Positions 12,997-26,981 of a stretch of 64,000 nucleotides of DNA are shown piece after piece. The notes beneath the pieces were generated by a model, which did no database searches, was not told where the DNA came from, and worked only from the letters and a program-made list of their open reading frames with translations. The DNA is from the human T2T-CHM13v2.0 reference genome, Homo sapiens, in NCBI RefSeq assembly GCF_009914755.1, contig NC_060931.1; one strand, written 5' to 3'. Each line of letters begins with the position of its first letter. The stretch's first letter is position 1. The position numbers and the translations under genes are program-made.

Positions 12997-14939
12997 GTGA
13001 ATTAGTTTACCTATGCTTATTCTAATTTGGGTAAAAGACTTGTACAGTACTGGGCACTTTGTAGATACAGAGCAAAAACTTTGAGTTACCGATTTTAAAA
13101 GTAAACTTAACTTTAGTTAGTGATTTCTACAGAATATTTAAAATCGCTGTTTAGAAAGAGTATTTTCCAACAAATAAAAAGTAATTCTGACTCAATTTTT
13201 TATATTAAAATCATGTATGAGCCAAAAATAAAATAAATAATTCAACTTATAGAGTTTAAATAAAAATAAGTATTAGCATATTTATTATAACTGCAATGCC
13301 TGGTGCTTTCTCTAAATCTAAAAGAAGAATTATTTTTATGTCTTCTAATACCGGGATTCAATATCAACCTACAAAGCCTTATTATGAGCAAATGCTAATA
13401 AATTCAACTGTGGTTATAGTGCATAACATGAAGTAATAGCAAATCTTGGATATTCTATTTTTTGTAATACCAATATAATGTCCCCTTTATTTTCAATTTT
13501 ATACAAACAGGACTTTTTATTATTTTTTACCTAACTGGTTTAAGTAAATTAAAAGAATTTTGCTTTTATTCTGTAAAATTTTTTTCAATGGTAAAAAAGT
13601 GAAAACATACATCAAAGACTCATAAAAGTTCAATAAAGGAACAAATGTATTTGTATTTTACATATCAGTATAAAATTGGGAAGAAATGCACAACGATCTC
13701 TTAAATTTTCCCCTCAAAGTATTTGTTCATACCTTAAACATTTGATTTTAAAACATTTTTCTCCTTAACTTAAGTAGTCTAAAACTTGAAATGGATCTAT
13801 AACAATAATGGTGGCATCTGGAAGACATTTTTAGCAACAGACAAAGCCAAAAGTCAATGGAATGCAACATGTGGATAAAATATTATAACTTTAGCTATGT
13901 GGTTAGGTATTTAAATGCCCTTTGGCAGTTGATGCCTTTCTTTTGATATGCAACCTTAGAAAGCTAATGCTATTACTGCACTGATATATCCAAAATATTT
14001 ACATCTTGACATCTATCATCGGATGTCATTACTTTCCAAGACTTCAACTAGATGGTATTGTATGTGATGAGAGTAGTTCTTTCATTTACTTAAATTTTAT
14101 TATATTTGTGAATTAAACCCCTTGAATGTCCACAAATTATATGGTATTTGTTAAAAAACTTTGGGTAAATAATTCAGGAAATAGGTTTATTCTATGTTAT
14201 GAAAGTCAAATGCAGGGTATCAGAGTAAATTTAAACCACTAGACCATAACGAAATAAAATGCAAATATGCTGTCTGAGTCTGCCTTTTTAATACGTGGAA
14301 GACTGCCCCAGAGAGGGAGTGAGAGGGAAGAGACAGATGGCATTTAATATTAAGGATGAAATTTGCTCTATCCCTTTGAAAGCCTCAGTCCTAAGTTTTT
14401 TACTTCATTCCCTTTTGAGATTTTAAAGTCTTTTTATAGAGTCTTCTTATGTATCTTTTTAAGCTTTCCATTTTTCTAATCTCTCTCTGTACAAATGTGT
14501 GGGCATATGTGTAATTTATCTATGTACTTATCTATGTTTCTTTATATCTATCTCTCTGCCCATCTAATTTACCAGTCCCTTTATCTGTTATCTACTTAGG
14601 ATATACACACAAAAGAAATTAAGTGGAATATAGAAATTATCCAAATCTAAATAATTACAAGGGTAGTTCTGTAGTTAGGAGGAGAAAATAAAACTCTCAT
14701 TTTAAACTGTGACTTTCTAACTAAAAACAATTTGAAGTGACTGTAATTCTTTATTTTACATTTCCTATCTCAAGAAGGATTTTTCTCTTCTCTTTTTTTC
14801 TTTTCCTTCTCTGACTTCACCTCAGCAGATGAGTCACAAAGGCAGTCTTAGAACTCTCTTCCTGTCTTAGGATTCTATCAACAGAAGCTGAGCTATTCCA
14901 GAAAGGGCCTACTAGACAGCCCTGCATCTTAAGAATATC

Positions 14940-16150
14940 ATGCAGAATATTGAAGACGGACCCCTATCTTTTACCATTTATGAAAATTTACTCAACCTGG
15001 ATCCAAGATTTTAAATGTAAGACCTCAAACTACAAAAATACATAAGGCAACCTAGGAAATAGTCTTCTAGACATCAGCCTTGGCAAAGAATTTTTGGCTA
15101 AGTCCCCAAAAGCAATTGCAACAAAAACAAAAATAGACAAGTGGGACCTAATTAAACTAAAGAGCTTCTACACAGCAAAATAAACTATCAACAGAGCAGA
15201 CAGACAAACTACAGAATGGGAGAAGATATTTACAAACTATGCATCCAACAAAGGCCTAGTATCTAGAGTCCATAGGGAAATTAAATAAATAAACAAGCAA
15301 AAAAAAAGCCCCATTAAAAAATGGACAAAGAACATGAACAGACACTTCTCAAAACAAGATATAAAAGCAGCCAACACACAGGAAAAAATGTTCAGCATTA
15401 TGAATCATCAGAGAAATGCAAATCGAAACCACAATGAGATACCATCTCACAGCAGATAGAATGACTATTATCAAAAAGTCAAAAAACAACAGAGGTTGGT
15501 GAGGCTGTGGAGAGAAGGGAATGTTTATTCACTGCTGGTAGGAATGTAAATTAGTCCAATCACTGTGGAAAGTAGTCTGGAGATTTCCCAAATAAATTAA
15601 AACAAAGCTACCATTTGACCCAGCAATTTTATTTCTGAGTATATACCCAAAGGAAAATAAATTATTTTACTAAAAGGACACAGGCATGAGTATGTTTATA
15701 GCTACACTATCCACAATAGCAAAGACATGGAATCAACCCAGGTTCCCATCAATGGTAGATTGGTGGTACGTATATACCACGGAATACTATGCAGCCCTAA
15801 AAAATAATGAAATCATATCCTTTGCAGCAACATGGATGCAGCTGGAAGCCATGATCCTAAGTGAATTAATGCAGGGAGGAACAGAAAACCAAATAATGTA
15901 TATTCTCACTTAAAAGTGAAAACTAAACAATGAGCACATGCGGACATAAATATGGGAACAATAGACACTGTGGACTACCAGAGGGGAAAAGGTTCGGGGG
16001 AGAGCCTGGAATGAAAAACTACCTAGTGGGTACTATGCTCACTGCCTGAATGATGGGATCCATACTCCAAACCTCAGCATCAGGCAATATTCCTATGTAA
16101 CAAACCTGGACATGTATTCTATGTTTCTAAAATAAAAGTTGACATTAAAA
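14940..16150 (+). mobile_element. 5'-truncated older primate L1 (L1PA15-17-like), ORF2 C-terminus and 3'UTR
   Basis: ORF 15686-15913 (MFIATLSTIAKTWNQP) is the ORF2 C-terminus. The 3'UTR has AAAAACTACCTAGTGGGTACTATGCTCAC and AATAAA. Confidence 0.9.
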
Positions 16151-16162
16151 GAAGATATCATG

Positions 16163-16746
16163 GCGATTCCTCAAGGATCTAGAACTAGAAATACTATTTG
16201 ACCCAGTCATCCCATTACTGCGTATATACCCAAAGGATTATAAATCATGCTGCTATAAAGACACATGCACACATATGTTTATTGCAGCATTATTCACAAT
16301 AGCAAAGACTTGGAACCAACCCAAATGTCCCTCAATGATAGACTGGATTAAGAAAATGTGGCACATATACACCATGCAATACTATGCAGCCATGAAAAAG
16401 GATAAGTTCATGTCCTTTGTAGGAACATGGATGAAGCTGGAAACCATCATTCTGAGCAAACTATTGCAAGGACAGAAAACCAAACACCACATGTTCTCAC
16501 TCATAGGTGGGAATTGAACAATGAGAACACTTGAACGCGGGGTGGGGAACATCACACACCAGGGCCTGTCATGGGGTGGGGGGATGGGGGAGGGATAGCA
16601 TTAGGAAATATACCTAATGTAAATGACTAGTCAATGGGTGCAGCACACCAACATGGCACATGTATACATATGTAACAAACCTGCACGTTATGCACATGTA
16701 CACTAGAACTTAAACTATAATTAAAAAATAAAAAAAATAAAATAAA
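16163..16746 (+). mobile_element. 5'-truncated L1PA (about L1PA4-6) with TSD
   Basis: ORF 16275-16517 ends HMFSLIGGN, the L1 ORF2 terminus. G-rich 3'UTR and A-tail. TAAAAGAAGATATCATG is repeated at 16146-16162 and 16743-16759. Confidence 0.95.
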
Positions 16747-17080
16747 AGAAGATATCATGAAGACAAAGAGCAGCAGCTGGACTCTTTTCATTATTCTTAA
16801 TTTCTAAAATTCCGAATACTACTTTTAACCCCATGGTGGATTATTATAGCTCTTCTCTTTGGGCTACCCTACAGAAAACCCAGAATATAACTCAATACTT
16901 AGTTCTTGGACTGTTATCAATCCTCTGGCTCTTATTTCTCATTGAACAAGAAAGGAACTATTTCAAGACCATGACTATATTCTTGTTGCAGATTTTCTCT
17001 CACTTAACTGTCATGCTCTTGTAAAGTTAGAGGCTGACATTTTGACTGATCTGATCAAGGATGAGACGAATTCATTCTTT

Positions 17081-17366
<286 letters not shown>

Positions 17367-17596
17367 GACAAATTTATTCTTTTCTTCAATGTTTTGATGT
17401 GGCTTCCAACAATTTTCCTCTTTTCTCAACTCTAGGGTAATAAAAATTGGCTTGGTGAGATTTATTAGTAAAAAATACTTACAGTCACTCAAATAGCATA
17501 GATGACATTTCTGTAGAGAATATGCAAAAATAATTTTCCTAGAAATTAGATAAGAGTAGAACTCTTACATTTTAACTACAGTTTCATATGTATTTA

Positions 17597-17908
17597 CTTT
17601 TTCTTTTTTTTTTTTTTTTATTATTGAAACAAGGTCTCACTCTGTTGCCCAGACTGGGGTGCAGTGGTGTGATCTCAGCTCACAGCAGCCTCAGATTCCC
17701 TGGTTCAAGCGTTCCTCCCACTTCAGACTTCTGGGTAGCTGGAACTACAAGTGCATACCACCACACCAGCTAACTTTTTGTATTTTTTGTAGAGACAGAG
17801 TCTGATCCTGTTGCCCAGGCTGGTCTCGAGCTCCGGGGCTCAAGTGATCAGTCTACCTCGGTCTCCCAAAATGCTGGTATTACAAGCGTGAGCTACCAGG
17901 CACGGCCT
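17597..17908 (-). mobile_element. AluJ
   Basis: Diverged dimer with J-type TTGTAGAGAC...GTTGCCCAGGCTGGTCTCG...GGCTCAAGTGATC. Confidence 0.9.
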
Positions 17909-18698
17909 TTTATTACTTCTTATTAAAAATGCTAATTTTTTTCCAGTTGTCTGCAATTGTTACCATACTCCATCAATAGAGTCAGCATCTAGAAGTAATA
18001 AAATCATCAGCTTACTAATACATGAACAACATACAAATAGAACTTTTTAAAAAGTATTTAATAATATGGATGATCCATCATATTTTGACTATTGTTTTGT
18101 ATTTTAATTACCAATTTTTGAAAACGTTGCCTAGTTCTTCTCATTGTCTACCAACTAGAGACCACCTTCCTAAAAACGGAAAAAAGAGACCCTGCCCCCA
18201 TAGCTAATAACTTAATTATATTAGCAATATTCTAAAATAAGTAATAAATGCTAAGCTATACTCAGATGAACAAAAGTCCTAAAATCATGTATTAACATAT
18301 TGCCTATTAACATTTCTGCCACATTTGGGATTTCAAATGTATACTTACAGTGTGATTGGACAAACTTTTTCAAAGGACTTCAAAATTAAAGATAATCACA
18401 ATTTTATTTAGCTTACAAAGATCATATTTAAATTCAATTTATTCTTATAAAAGCTATTCTGTAGTTTCTCCTTAAGATATAGCAATCCCAATTTAATATG
18501 TACTACCCTACCATCTTAAGATAGAAAAATATCTTAGCCAATAACTGGTTTTGGTAATGGTTTTAATGTTACAATTTTTAGTTGCATAAATATATTTATT
18601 GCTATCAAGTGGTCTCTAAAATATATTGTTTTAGAGAGGCAATATTATTTTACAATGTATTATTATATTACATAGGTAATATTTGGTGTGCATGTCTT

Positions 18699-18993
<295 letters not shown>

Positions 18994-19523
18994 TGGTGTG
19001 CATGTCTTATGAAGTGCTATAATGACATAAAAATCTTGCAAATGATTTTCTTTTGCATTTCCTAAAACCTAGGAATGTAGTAACAATATTCAAAGAAACT
19101 TACTTTAATTTTTAAAAAAAGTATATCAGAGAAGAGAATGAAACTTCCATTTTATCAACATGATGCATTAGACACAATAAACCACTGTCTCTGAAAAAAA
19201 CTAAGACAGTAGACAAAATGCTTTTAAAGAACATAAGGTGAGAGAAAAGTGAGGAATCCTAAAAAGCCTGCAACTAAGAGGAAAGAGAACCCATAGTAAT
19301 AAACAAAGCAATGAATCTCAATTCACTCAGGGTGATTGTCTATGTTCCTGATTTTGGGTTTTCTCAGCCTCCCAAGTTTGTTAACACTAAGCTTGTATTG
19401 TCATAACCTACCATGTTAGAACACAGGGCACAGAAAATATCCTAGGTGAGAAATCAAATAGACCTACTTCCCTAAACCTTGGCGTCTAAAAGGCTATTTC
19501 CTCTTTGTAAGGATAAACTAGGG

Positions 19524-19824
19524 GGCCGAGCATGGTGGCTCACTCCTGTAAATCTCAGCACTTTGGGAGGCTGAGCTGGGAACATTACTTGAGGCCAGGA
19601 GTTCTAGACCAGCCTGGGCAATATAGTGAGACCACGTCTCTGCAAAAAAAAAAAAATTAGCCAGTCATGGTGGCTGGCACCTGTAGCCCCAGCTACTTGG
19701 GAGGCTGAAGTAGGGGAATTGTTTCAGTCTAGGAGTTGCAGGGCACAGCTAGTTGTGATTGTGCCCCCACATTCTAGCCTGGGTGACAGAGCAAGGATCT
19801 GTCTCTAAAAAATTTAAAAAATTA
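19524..19824 (+). mobile_element. AluJ
   Basis: Diverged dimer. TSD AAGGATAAACTAG (19509-19521) / AAGGACAAACTAG (19825-19837). Confidence 0.92.
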
Positions 19825-20068
19825 AAGGACAAACTAGAACACGTCTTCCTCACCCTATTCGCAGCCTCATCAGGGCAGTAATAAGGATTGTCTTTCCTCA
19901 AATATTTGTATTTTTCGAGGAACAATAGAGTCCCCTGAGAATTTGTAAATTTAAGCCAATTTTCACTTAGGATTTCAGTCAGGATTGACAGCACCTAGGT
20001 GGCCCTAAAATATTCCAACCAATGATTGTTTAAACCATATTCATTCTGATAATTCCCCTAGATACTGG

Positions 20069-20457
20069 TGTTCTCAGTCTGTTCTCCCACTGCTGTAAAG
20101 AACTACCTGAGACTGCGTAATTTATGAAGGAAACAGTTATAACTGACTCTTAGTTCTGCAGGCTGTAGAGGGTTCTGCTTCTGTGGAAGCCTCGGAAAAC
20201 TTACAATCACGGCAGAAGGCGAAGAGGAATCAAGCACCTCTTCATGGTGAGGGCAGGAGGAAGAAAGGGAGCAAAAGGAGAAGTGCTACACACTTTCAAA
20301 CAACCAAATCTCATGAGAATTCATTGACTATCATGAGAACAGCAAGGGAGAAATCCACCTCCATGATCCAGTGTCCTCCCACCAGGCCTTCTTCCAACAA
20401 TGAAGATTGCAATTCAACATGAGATTCGGGTGGAGGAAACAGAGCCAAACCATATTA
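20069..20457 (-). mobile_element. MST (MaLR) solo LTR
   Basis: AAGAACTACCTGAGACTG...ACTTACAATCACGGCAGAAGGCGAAG...GAGCCAAACCATATTA. Confidence 0.9.
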
Positions 20458-20603
20458 ATATTAGGCAGAAAAAACACATCTTTGGAAGATCCAACCTTCA
20501 ATTCAGGCCTCGACATTTTCATAAATGAAGGTCTATGTTTAAAAATAATGTTTTAAATGAATTGAAAATATCATTAAAATGTAATAGACCATATAAATGG
20601 AAC

Positions 20604-20724
20604 TATATGTGTGTATATATGTATATACATTTGTGTATATATGTATATACATTTATGTATATATGTAAATATACTTGTGTATACACACTTGTGTATATAT
20701 ACATACACACTTGTGTATATATAC
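20604..20724. repeat. TA/TG/CA low-complexity tract
   Basis: Read directly from the sequence. Confidence 0.85.
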
Positions 20725-20799
20725 AACTTTTAGAGTAAAAACTATAATTATTAATATTAAGAATTCAACATTTATTATTAGAAGCAGATTAGACAAAGT

Positions 20800-21095
20800 T
20801 TGGTTTTCTCTCAGGTCCTAAGAGCCATCTGCATCTTGTGACAGCCTCCGTTTTCAAAGCCAGCAACAGAGTCTCCCTCATGTTTGATCTCTTTTATGCT
20901 TCTTACTTATTTTTCAGGAAGAAACCATTTCTTTTTCAGAATTAAGTCAATTTCTCCAAAGTTAATTTCTCTTTCTAAAGTCAATGGTGTCATATAACCT
21001 AATCATAAGGGTGATTATCCCATGGGATTACACAGGAGGTGTATAATCTCTGGGGACGAGGATCTGGGAGCTGTCATAGAATTCTGCCTGCCATA
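20800..21095 (-). mobile_element. Old MLT1 LTR fragment
   Basis: TCAAAGCCAGCAAC...TAAAGTCAA...AGAATTCTGCCTGCCATA terminus. Confidence 0.6.
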
Positions 21096-22289
21096 GATAA
21101 TATGAAAGAGGAATTAAGCTACATGGAGAATAAACAATTTTAATATCTAATCACTGGAAAGGTGAAATATTGAGGAGGCAATATTTAAATAGCTACTGGT
21201 TGATAATTTTCAAGGAATTAATGAGAAAATTCTAATATTGCGTTATAGGAAATCAAATAACACCCAAGCAGCATAATTATACAGACATACACAACCAACC
21301 ACAGAAAAAAAACCATAATGTTTGTACCAAATATCAAGGAAAAGGTATCTTAAAATCTTAAGCCACCAAAGAAAAAATTTACTACCTAAAAGGAAATGAA
21401 TGACAATTGTTGACTACTTAAAAACGACGGAAGGTAGAAGGAGTATGAAAATACCCCCAAGTAATGAGATAAAATATCCATTCTCTAGCATTAAATACAC
21501 TGTAAAATTTACTTCTCAGAACAAGAAAAAACAATTTTAATTTCAGAAGAAAAATTTCAATTAAACTCTAAACAACAGAGAGGATTGCCACCAACAGACC
21601 CTGAATAACGGAAATACCAAAGCTATAATTAAGGGGGGGGGGAAAATGGATCCCATTAGGAGATATGAGGTACAAGGAACAATGCTAAACAATGAGCATG
21701 GAAATTGGTATACATAGGGATACATACTAATACACATTTTATGTATAAAACAGTTAAAATTCTATAATATAATGCAATAAATAACTAAAAATAGGATGTG
21801 ATTTAGAATAGAATGAACACAGCTTAAAGTGTTTTAATGTTCTCATAGTGATGTGATTAAGGATGAAATTGTTGGTTATTTTTGAATATTGATGAACAGA
21901 GTATGTATGTTAAATTTTTTAGAATAACCAAGAAGAGGATAGAAATATAACAGGTACTACAAATACTAGAAAAGGAAACTGTACCACGAGAAAGCAACGT
22001 TTAGTCATAAAAAAGTAAAGAACAATTTAAAAAGGAATAAAAAGGGGGATGAATATTTTATAAATAAATATTTATAAATATAGTACTTTATGAATAAATC
22101 CAAATAAATATACAATGACATCAATTAACTGACTCCTATAGCAAATATTATAGGCTATAGTTAAATAGAACCAAAAAATAATACTATATGTTGCTTATAA
22201 GAAACATATCTAAAAGGTAAACTAAGTTTGACCATAATAATTAATCTGATTAACAGTGAGTTGGGATAAAATCTCTGTAATCTGTTTTA

Positions 22290-23670
22290 TGCAGCATTTA
22301 ACTAAAGCATCCACTAACATGACTCTAAGCAGCAGTATGAGACCAAACTTCAGTGTTGACCTCAATCATGTTCCCCAGAGACAATGTCTGACCCAATCAG
22401 CTGAACAAAGGCCATAAATGCTCAATGTCTATCTTAGAAAGCTAGATGGCTTTCTGCTTAATTTTCTGTACTGACCTTTCTACTTGGCCTAAGACGTTAA
22501 TCCAGATATAGCAGGATGTGTTAATGATTGAACAAATACTACCTTGGTCCACAAAGAAGTCTAGCTAGTTCTGTCACCAAAAACAGCCTTGTCCAATGAG
22601 TTGAGACTGATTTGAATGTCTTTCATGTTGGAGTTGATACCATTAATCACATCAGCTAAAATCAGGGACAAATTTTATACCACATCTTCTAACTGGACAA
22701 TGTCCATGATAGGGATCATCCCCACAGAGCATGTAGCAATACCAAGTCAACTATACCAATGGCAAGTTCCCACTGGTCACCAGAGGTAGCTTCAGTCACT
22801 TGAGTACTACATATCTATGGACAGTATTGCCTTGAAGACTTTTGGTCTTTAATGTCTGTTATGACCATCCTTAATATGCAAATCATTGTGTTTTCAGTAG
22901 GGAGGCAAATTAATGCCTGACTTTAACAGTCCTACCTTCAGCATACCTGACATACAATGGTGAAACAGCGCAGGGAAATGCAACAAATACTCCTACTGGC
23001 AATTGAAAGAATCAGAGCAAAACAGCAGATAGTGGTCCTTCAAACTTCTGAGATCTTCTTGGGCAGATACTTAAATAGCTTGCCATCCTGGGAATGGGAT
23101 ATGTCTCATGTTCAGCTCTGATTCTGCTCCTTGGGAGTAGCCATTTTTATCCTCATTCTCTTTTGGTGATTCTTTCTTTTCCATTATCATCTTTAGCTAC
23201 CTGTGAAGTGATTATGCAGTTTCACATGCTCTTTGGAGACTGACGAGCTTTTTCAACTTGCTTCCTACTCTTAGAAGGTTGACAGCCCAAAGATTGGTTA
23301 TTTTGATTCTTATATATTTTTAGTCACAGATTCTGATAGCTCAGCTGGTGGTTTTATTGGCATTACAGCTGTCTACAATTTTTAGTAGATGTATCTAATT
23401 CTTCTTAGCTCCATGTGCCATAACTGTAGCCATTATTCTTTTTATAATATAATTCTTTAATCTTCTGTATTTTGTCTCCTTCCTCAGATTCTCCATCGAA
23501 AGATGGAGATTGTATCCATCAGGCTTTGTATCTATCAGGATTGTATCTATCAGGCTTCAGAAACAATACAGTTAAGTTTTAGGAACCACTTCACCCCAAA
23601 CCCCATCCCAAACATTTTGGCTAATTGAAATCACATATTAGGGGCCACCTTAATTGATTCAAAGTTTTAA
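22290..23670 (-). mobile_element. MaLR (MLT1) internal sequence, decayed
   Basis: Resembles MLT-int (CAAGTTCCCACTGGTCACCAGAGGTAGCTTCAGTCAC). Non-coding and diverged. Confidence 0.45.
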
Positions 23671-23689
23671 CAATGAGTATGGTCTTTTT

Positions 23690-23818
23690 GACCACTGAGG
23701 AAGTTGAGATGTTAAGTAATTTACCCAAATCACAAAGCTAATAAGTGACAGATCTGGACATTGAACCTGGACAATGCCTATAGATGCTACACAGTTAAAC
23801 ATTGTGCTTCACTGCTTT
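23690..23818 (-). mobile_element. MIR core
   Basis: TGAGGAAGTTGAGATGTTAAGTAATTTACCCAAATCACAAAGCTAATAAGTGACAGA. Confidence 0.7.
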
Positions 23819-23953
23819 TTAATGATGATGGCTATCATTTACTTTCCATAAAGCAGGCCAGATGTGAGCTATGTGGACACCTTCACACTGGCTACAGCTG
23901 AGCACAATCTATCAAGGAAGTTACTCAGAAGCTTTTACTCAAGATCATTATAT

Positions 23954-25612
23954 TGTCACAGAATCTTTTGGGTGTTGCTTTTCCAGCTGGAAACCTCTGT
24001 GGCTGGTGGCACTTTTGCCTAAGTTTAGCTGGTGCCCTCTGGGCTCATTCTGCCCACAAGGCATGGCAGGTGGCTCTTGGCTCATGCTACTGGCCCAGAT
24101 CCCATACATACTAGGGGCAAGCCAGGCATGGAGTGGTGAGGGGTATGTGAATGAGCAAGCACAGGGTCCAGCCACTGGGTACAGTCAGGCACGCTGACTG
24201 CTGCAGTAAGATGGGCAGCTCCAGGCACTGGCACAGGCACAGGCTCTGTGCAAGCCTGTGGCTGGATCAGATGCACCACAAACAGCTTCCACTGTGGGCA
24301 CCTGCATCTGGACAAGGGGAACATGGTGGCACCTGGAAGCTTGGAGATGAGAGAAACTACAGAGCCCTAAAGTGGGTGTCATAGCCACGGCTCTGGGAGC
24401 CCCTAAGTTTGGGCTTCCTAAAGGGCTTCAGCTCTTCTGTACTCCTTGTTGCCTGTAACGTGGCAGGTTGAGAGGTGTGTTTCAGCTCTGTTTGTCTTAC
24501 AGCAATTTCAGTCTTGCCTTTCAGAAGGTCCTGAGTTCTTGTCCTGTGCCCAGAATGCATGAGGTATGTGGACAACTGGAGGGTGAGCAAAGTGGAGAGG
24601 AGCTTTACCGAGCAACAGAACAGCTCTCAGGAAACCCAAAGTGGGTAGCTTCTTCCACAGGCATGTCATCCTGATGAGTGTCCAGCTCTCAACAGAGAGG
24701 AGACCTGGAGTGGGTAGCTCCTCTCTGCAGGCAGGCAGTCCTGATGAGTGCAGCCCTAAGCAGAGAGAAGACCCAAAGAAGTTAATGCCTTTCCACAGGC
24801 AGGTCGTCCCAATGAGTCGAGGAGACCCACAGCTGGTAGTCCCAAGATCTCTGTGAGCCTGGCTAAGTCCGGGGTGTTTATGGGCTCAGAAACGATGGAG
24901 TGCATGCTGAACCATCCAGGCGCAGCCATGGGTGGGCCCAGAAAAAGCACCTAAGTTCTCACTCCGGGCTGCAGACTCCACCAGGAACTGGCAGCCCGGC
25001 CCCCAGGCTTCAAGCTGTTCCTGGATTGAAGGAGGGTTTTCAGCAGAGACCTGCCCCTTTCTGTCCAGGTACCTTTCTACCTCCTGCTGTCATTAACATG
25101 TCATCCTTGGTGCCCTGGCTGTCCATGCCATGGGGTGTCTAGAGGCCTGCGCTGAACTGCCCTCGGTAACCCCTTGACTCTCCCCTGTGCTCGTCGGTGC
25201 CCAAAGTCGGGAGGGGGCTGAGGCGACAGGGGGCTGGTGTGTCAGCGCTGCCATGAGTATGCACACATCTAGCAGAGGTGTGACAACACCCAGGCTCAGC
25301 CATAACTTTGCTGAGTGGGCACTGGGATTGGTGAGAGGCCAGGGTGTGGGAGCAGGCAGTTCTGAGTCTGCGGGGGCAGGGGAGACTTCTTGGACGCGGA
25401 GACCACAGTGATGCCTGGGTCTGGAGCTACTGCTGGGTTGCTGCAGCTGTGCAGAGGAGTGTGTGGTTCCTACCCCACTGACTCAGTAGGGAGCAGTCCC
25501 ACCTGTTCCTGGTCTCCACCAGCTTTGTGGAGCACACAGCCCTGGCCATGCCTCCCCCGCTGCAGCCAGCATCTTGGCAGAGGCCACTCCAGATGGGCTG
25601 CCTCTGCCGTCA
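23954..25612 (-). mobile_element. MER52-family ERV1 solo LTR
   Basis: GC-rich 1.66-kb block from TGTCACAGAATC to GCCTCTGCCGTCA with TG...CA ends. 4-bp TSD ATAT at 23950-23953 and 25613-25616. Confidence 0.85.
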
Positions 25613-26631
25613 ATATGTGAGTTACCTTAAATATGCTTCTGCTGGAATGTAACTGTAATTTTTCTTTTCAATTTCTTCAGCTCCAAGGAATATAAACCTA
25701 TTTTTAAAATGTTAACCCTGAGCACTCTAGAGTTCTAAAAAATTTAATCCTGACAGGGAAATGATTTCCCTTCCCCAGATTTCCATAAAGATAAAAAAAA
25801 GTGCTGAATAGTTAAGAAAAAGCAGAGGTTGTATGCATATTTACAAGGTGGTGTGAAGATGCATTGGGATATTAAACCATATTTGAGGAGACCTCAACCC
25901 TCACATGTGAACTTTCCTGTATAAGCACTCAAAACTGTATTTCTGTTTTCCCACCTATACATAAATTAATCTAATATTACAGAAGAACTAATTAGGGAAA
26001 GTTATTAACAAAGCTTAAATACAGGTATAATATAATGTAAAAGCAGCTTATATCTTGATATTGATATTCTTTACTCTTCTTCCCTTGGGATCTACCATCC
26101 GCACCAGTTCCCAGGCTATTCCTGATGCTTTTCATCTAGTCCTCAAGCAAAAAAGCCACATATATTTCAATATTTGTTTTCCTTGGAAAAATGCACTTGT
26201 CTTATTTTCTAGCTTTGTTCTCTTCTAAGGTACAAATAATAAATATATGATTAATTTATCCATACTAATGGGTGGATGAATACAAATGGCTAAAATGGTT
26301 AAATTCCATTTTAACATGATTTAAAAATTTTTTCTAGGGTTTCTATCACCACAACCCAAGGTATTGTGATAAAAGTAGTAGTAATTACAAATAATCTTCA
26401 GGTTAATTGGATAAATAACTTCAGAAAATTAGTCTGAGTACTATCCAAATTATCTGATGCAGGGAGACATCAACTCCACATTTATGGTCATTATTAGGTT
26501 AATTAATAGCTCTCTTAAAGGATAATGATCCCCAGGAAGTGACTTAGTCTTTACAAGTTTTACTGTAGAAGATGCCATTCCCTGTAAAAGACTGATTGTT
26601 CTGAGATCTATTTGTTTTCTTTATTCCTTCC

Positions 26632-26981
26632 TGATATGGTTCAGCCGTGCCCCCACCCAAATCTCATCTTGAATTGTAACTCCCACAATTCCCAAGTGTT
26701 GTGGGAGGAACCTGGGGAAGGTAATTGAATCATGGGAGCAGGTCTTTCCTGTGCTGTTCTCATGATAGTGAATAAGTCTCACGAGATCTGATGGGTTTAA
26801 AAATGGGAGTTTCCCTGTACAAGCTCTCTTCTCTTGTCTGCTGCCATATGAGACTTGCCTTTCACCTTCCACCATGATTGTGAGGTCTTCCCAGCCATGT
26901 GGAACTGTAAGTCCATTAAACCTCCTTTTCTTCCCAGTCTTGGGTATGTCTTTATCAGCAGCATGAAGATGGACTAATACA
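26632..26981 (+). mobile_element. THE1 (A/B-like) solo LTR
   Basis: TGATATGGTT...GGACTAATACA, 350 bp. TSD CTTCC/CTCCC. Confidence 0.93.
26722..26732 (+). promoter_or_regulatory. DUX4-type motif in the THE1 LTR
   Basis: TAATTGAATCA fits TAAYYBAATCA. THE1 LTRs are known DUX4 targets. Activity of this copy is untested. Confidence 0.55.

Larger units (their letters stand above)
19120..22220 (+). mobile_element. Ancient L1M (L1ME-like) 5'/ORF1 remnant, interrupted by younger elements
   Basis: A-rich strand with decayed ORF1-like text (GGAGGCAATATTTAAA...GATAATTTTCAAGGAATTAATG) and an ORF2-start-like ATATGTTGCTTATAAGAAACATATCTAAA. Confidence 0.5.

Noticed and set aside
23509-23557. Three ~15-bp units of TTGTATCTATCAGG
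   Set aside because: Simple slippage inside a decayed repeat.
23954-25612. GC-rich block with many overlapping ORFs as a gene or CpG-island promoter
   Set aside because: It is bounded by TG...CA and a 4-bp TSD, i.e. a MER52-type LTR. ORF density reflects GC content, and CpGs are depleted.
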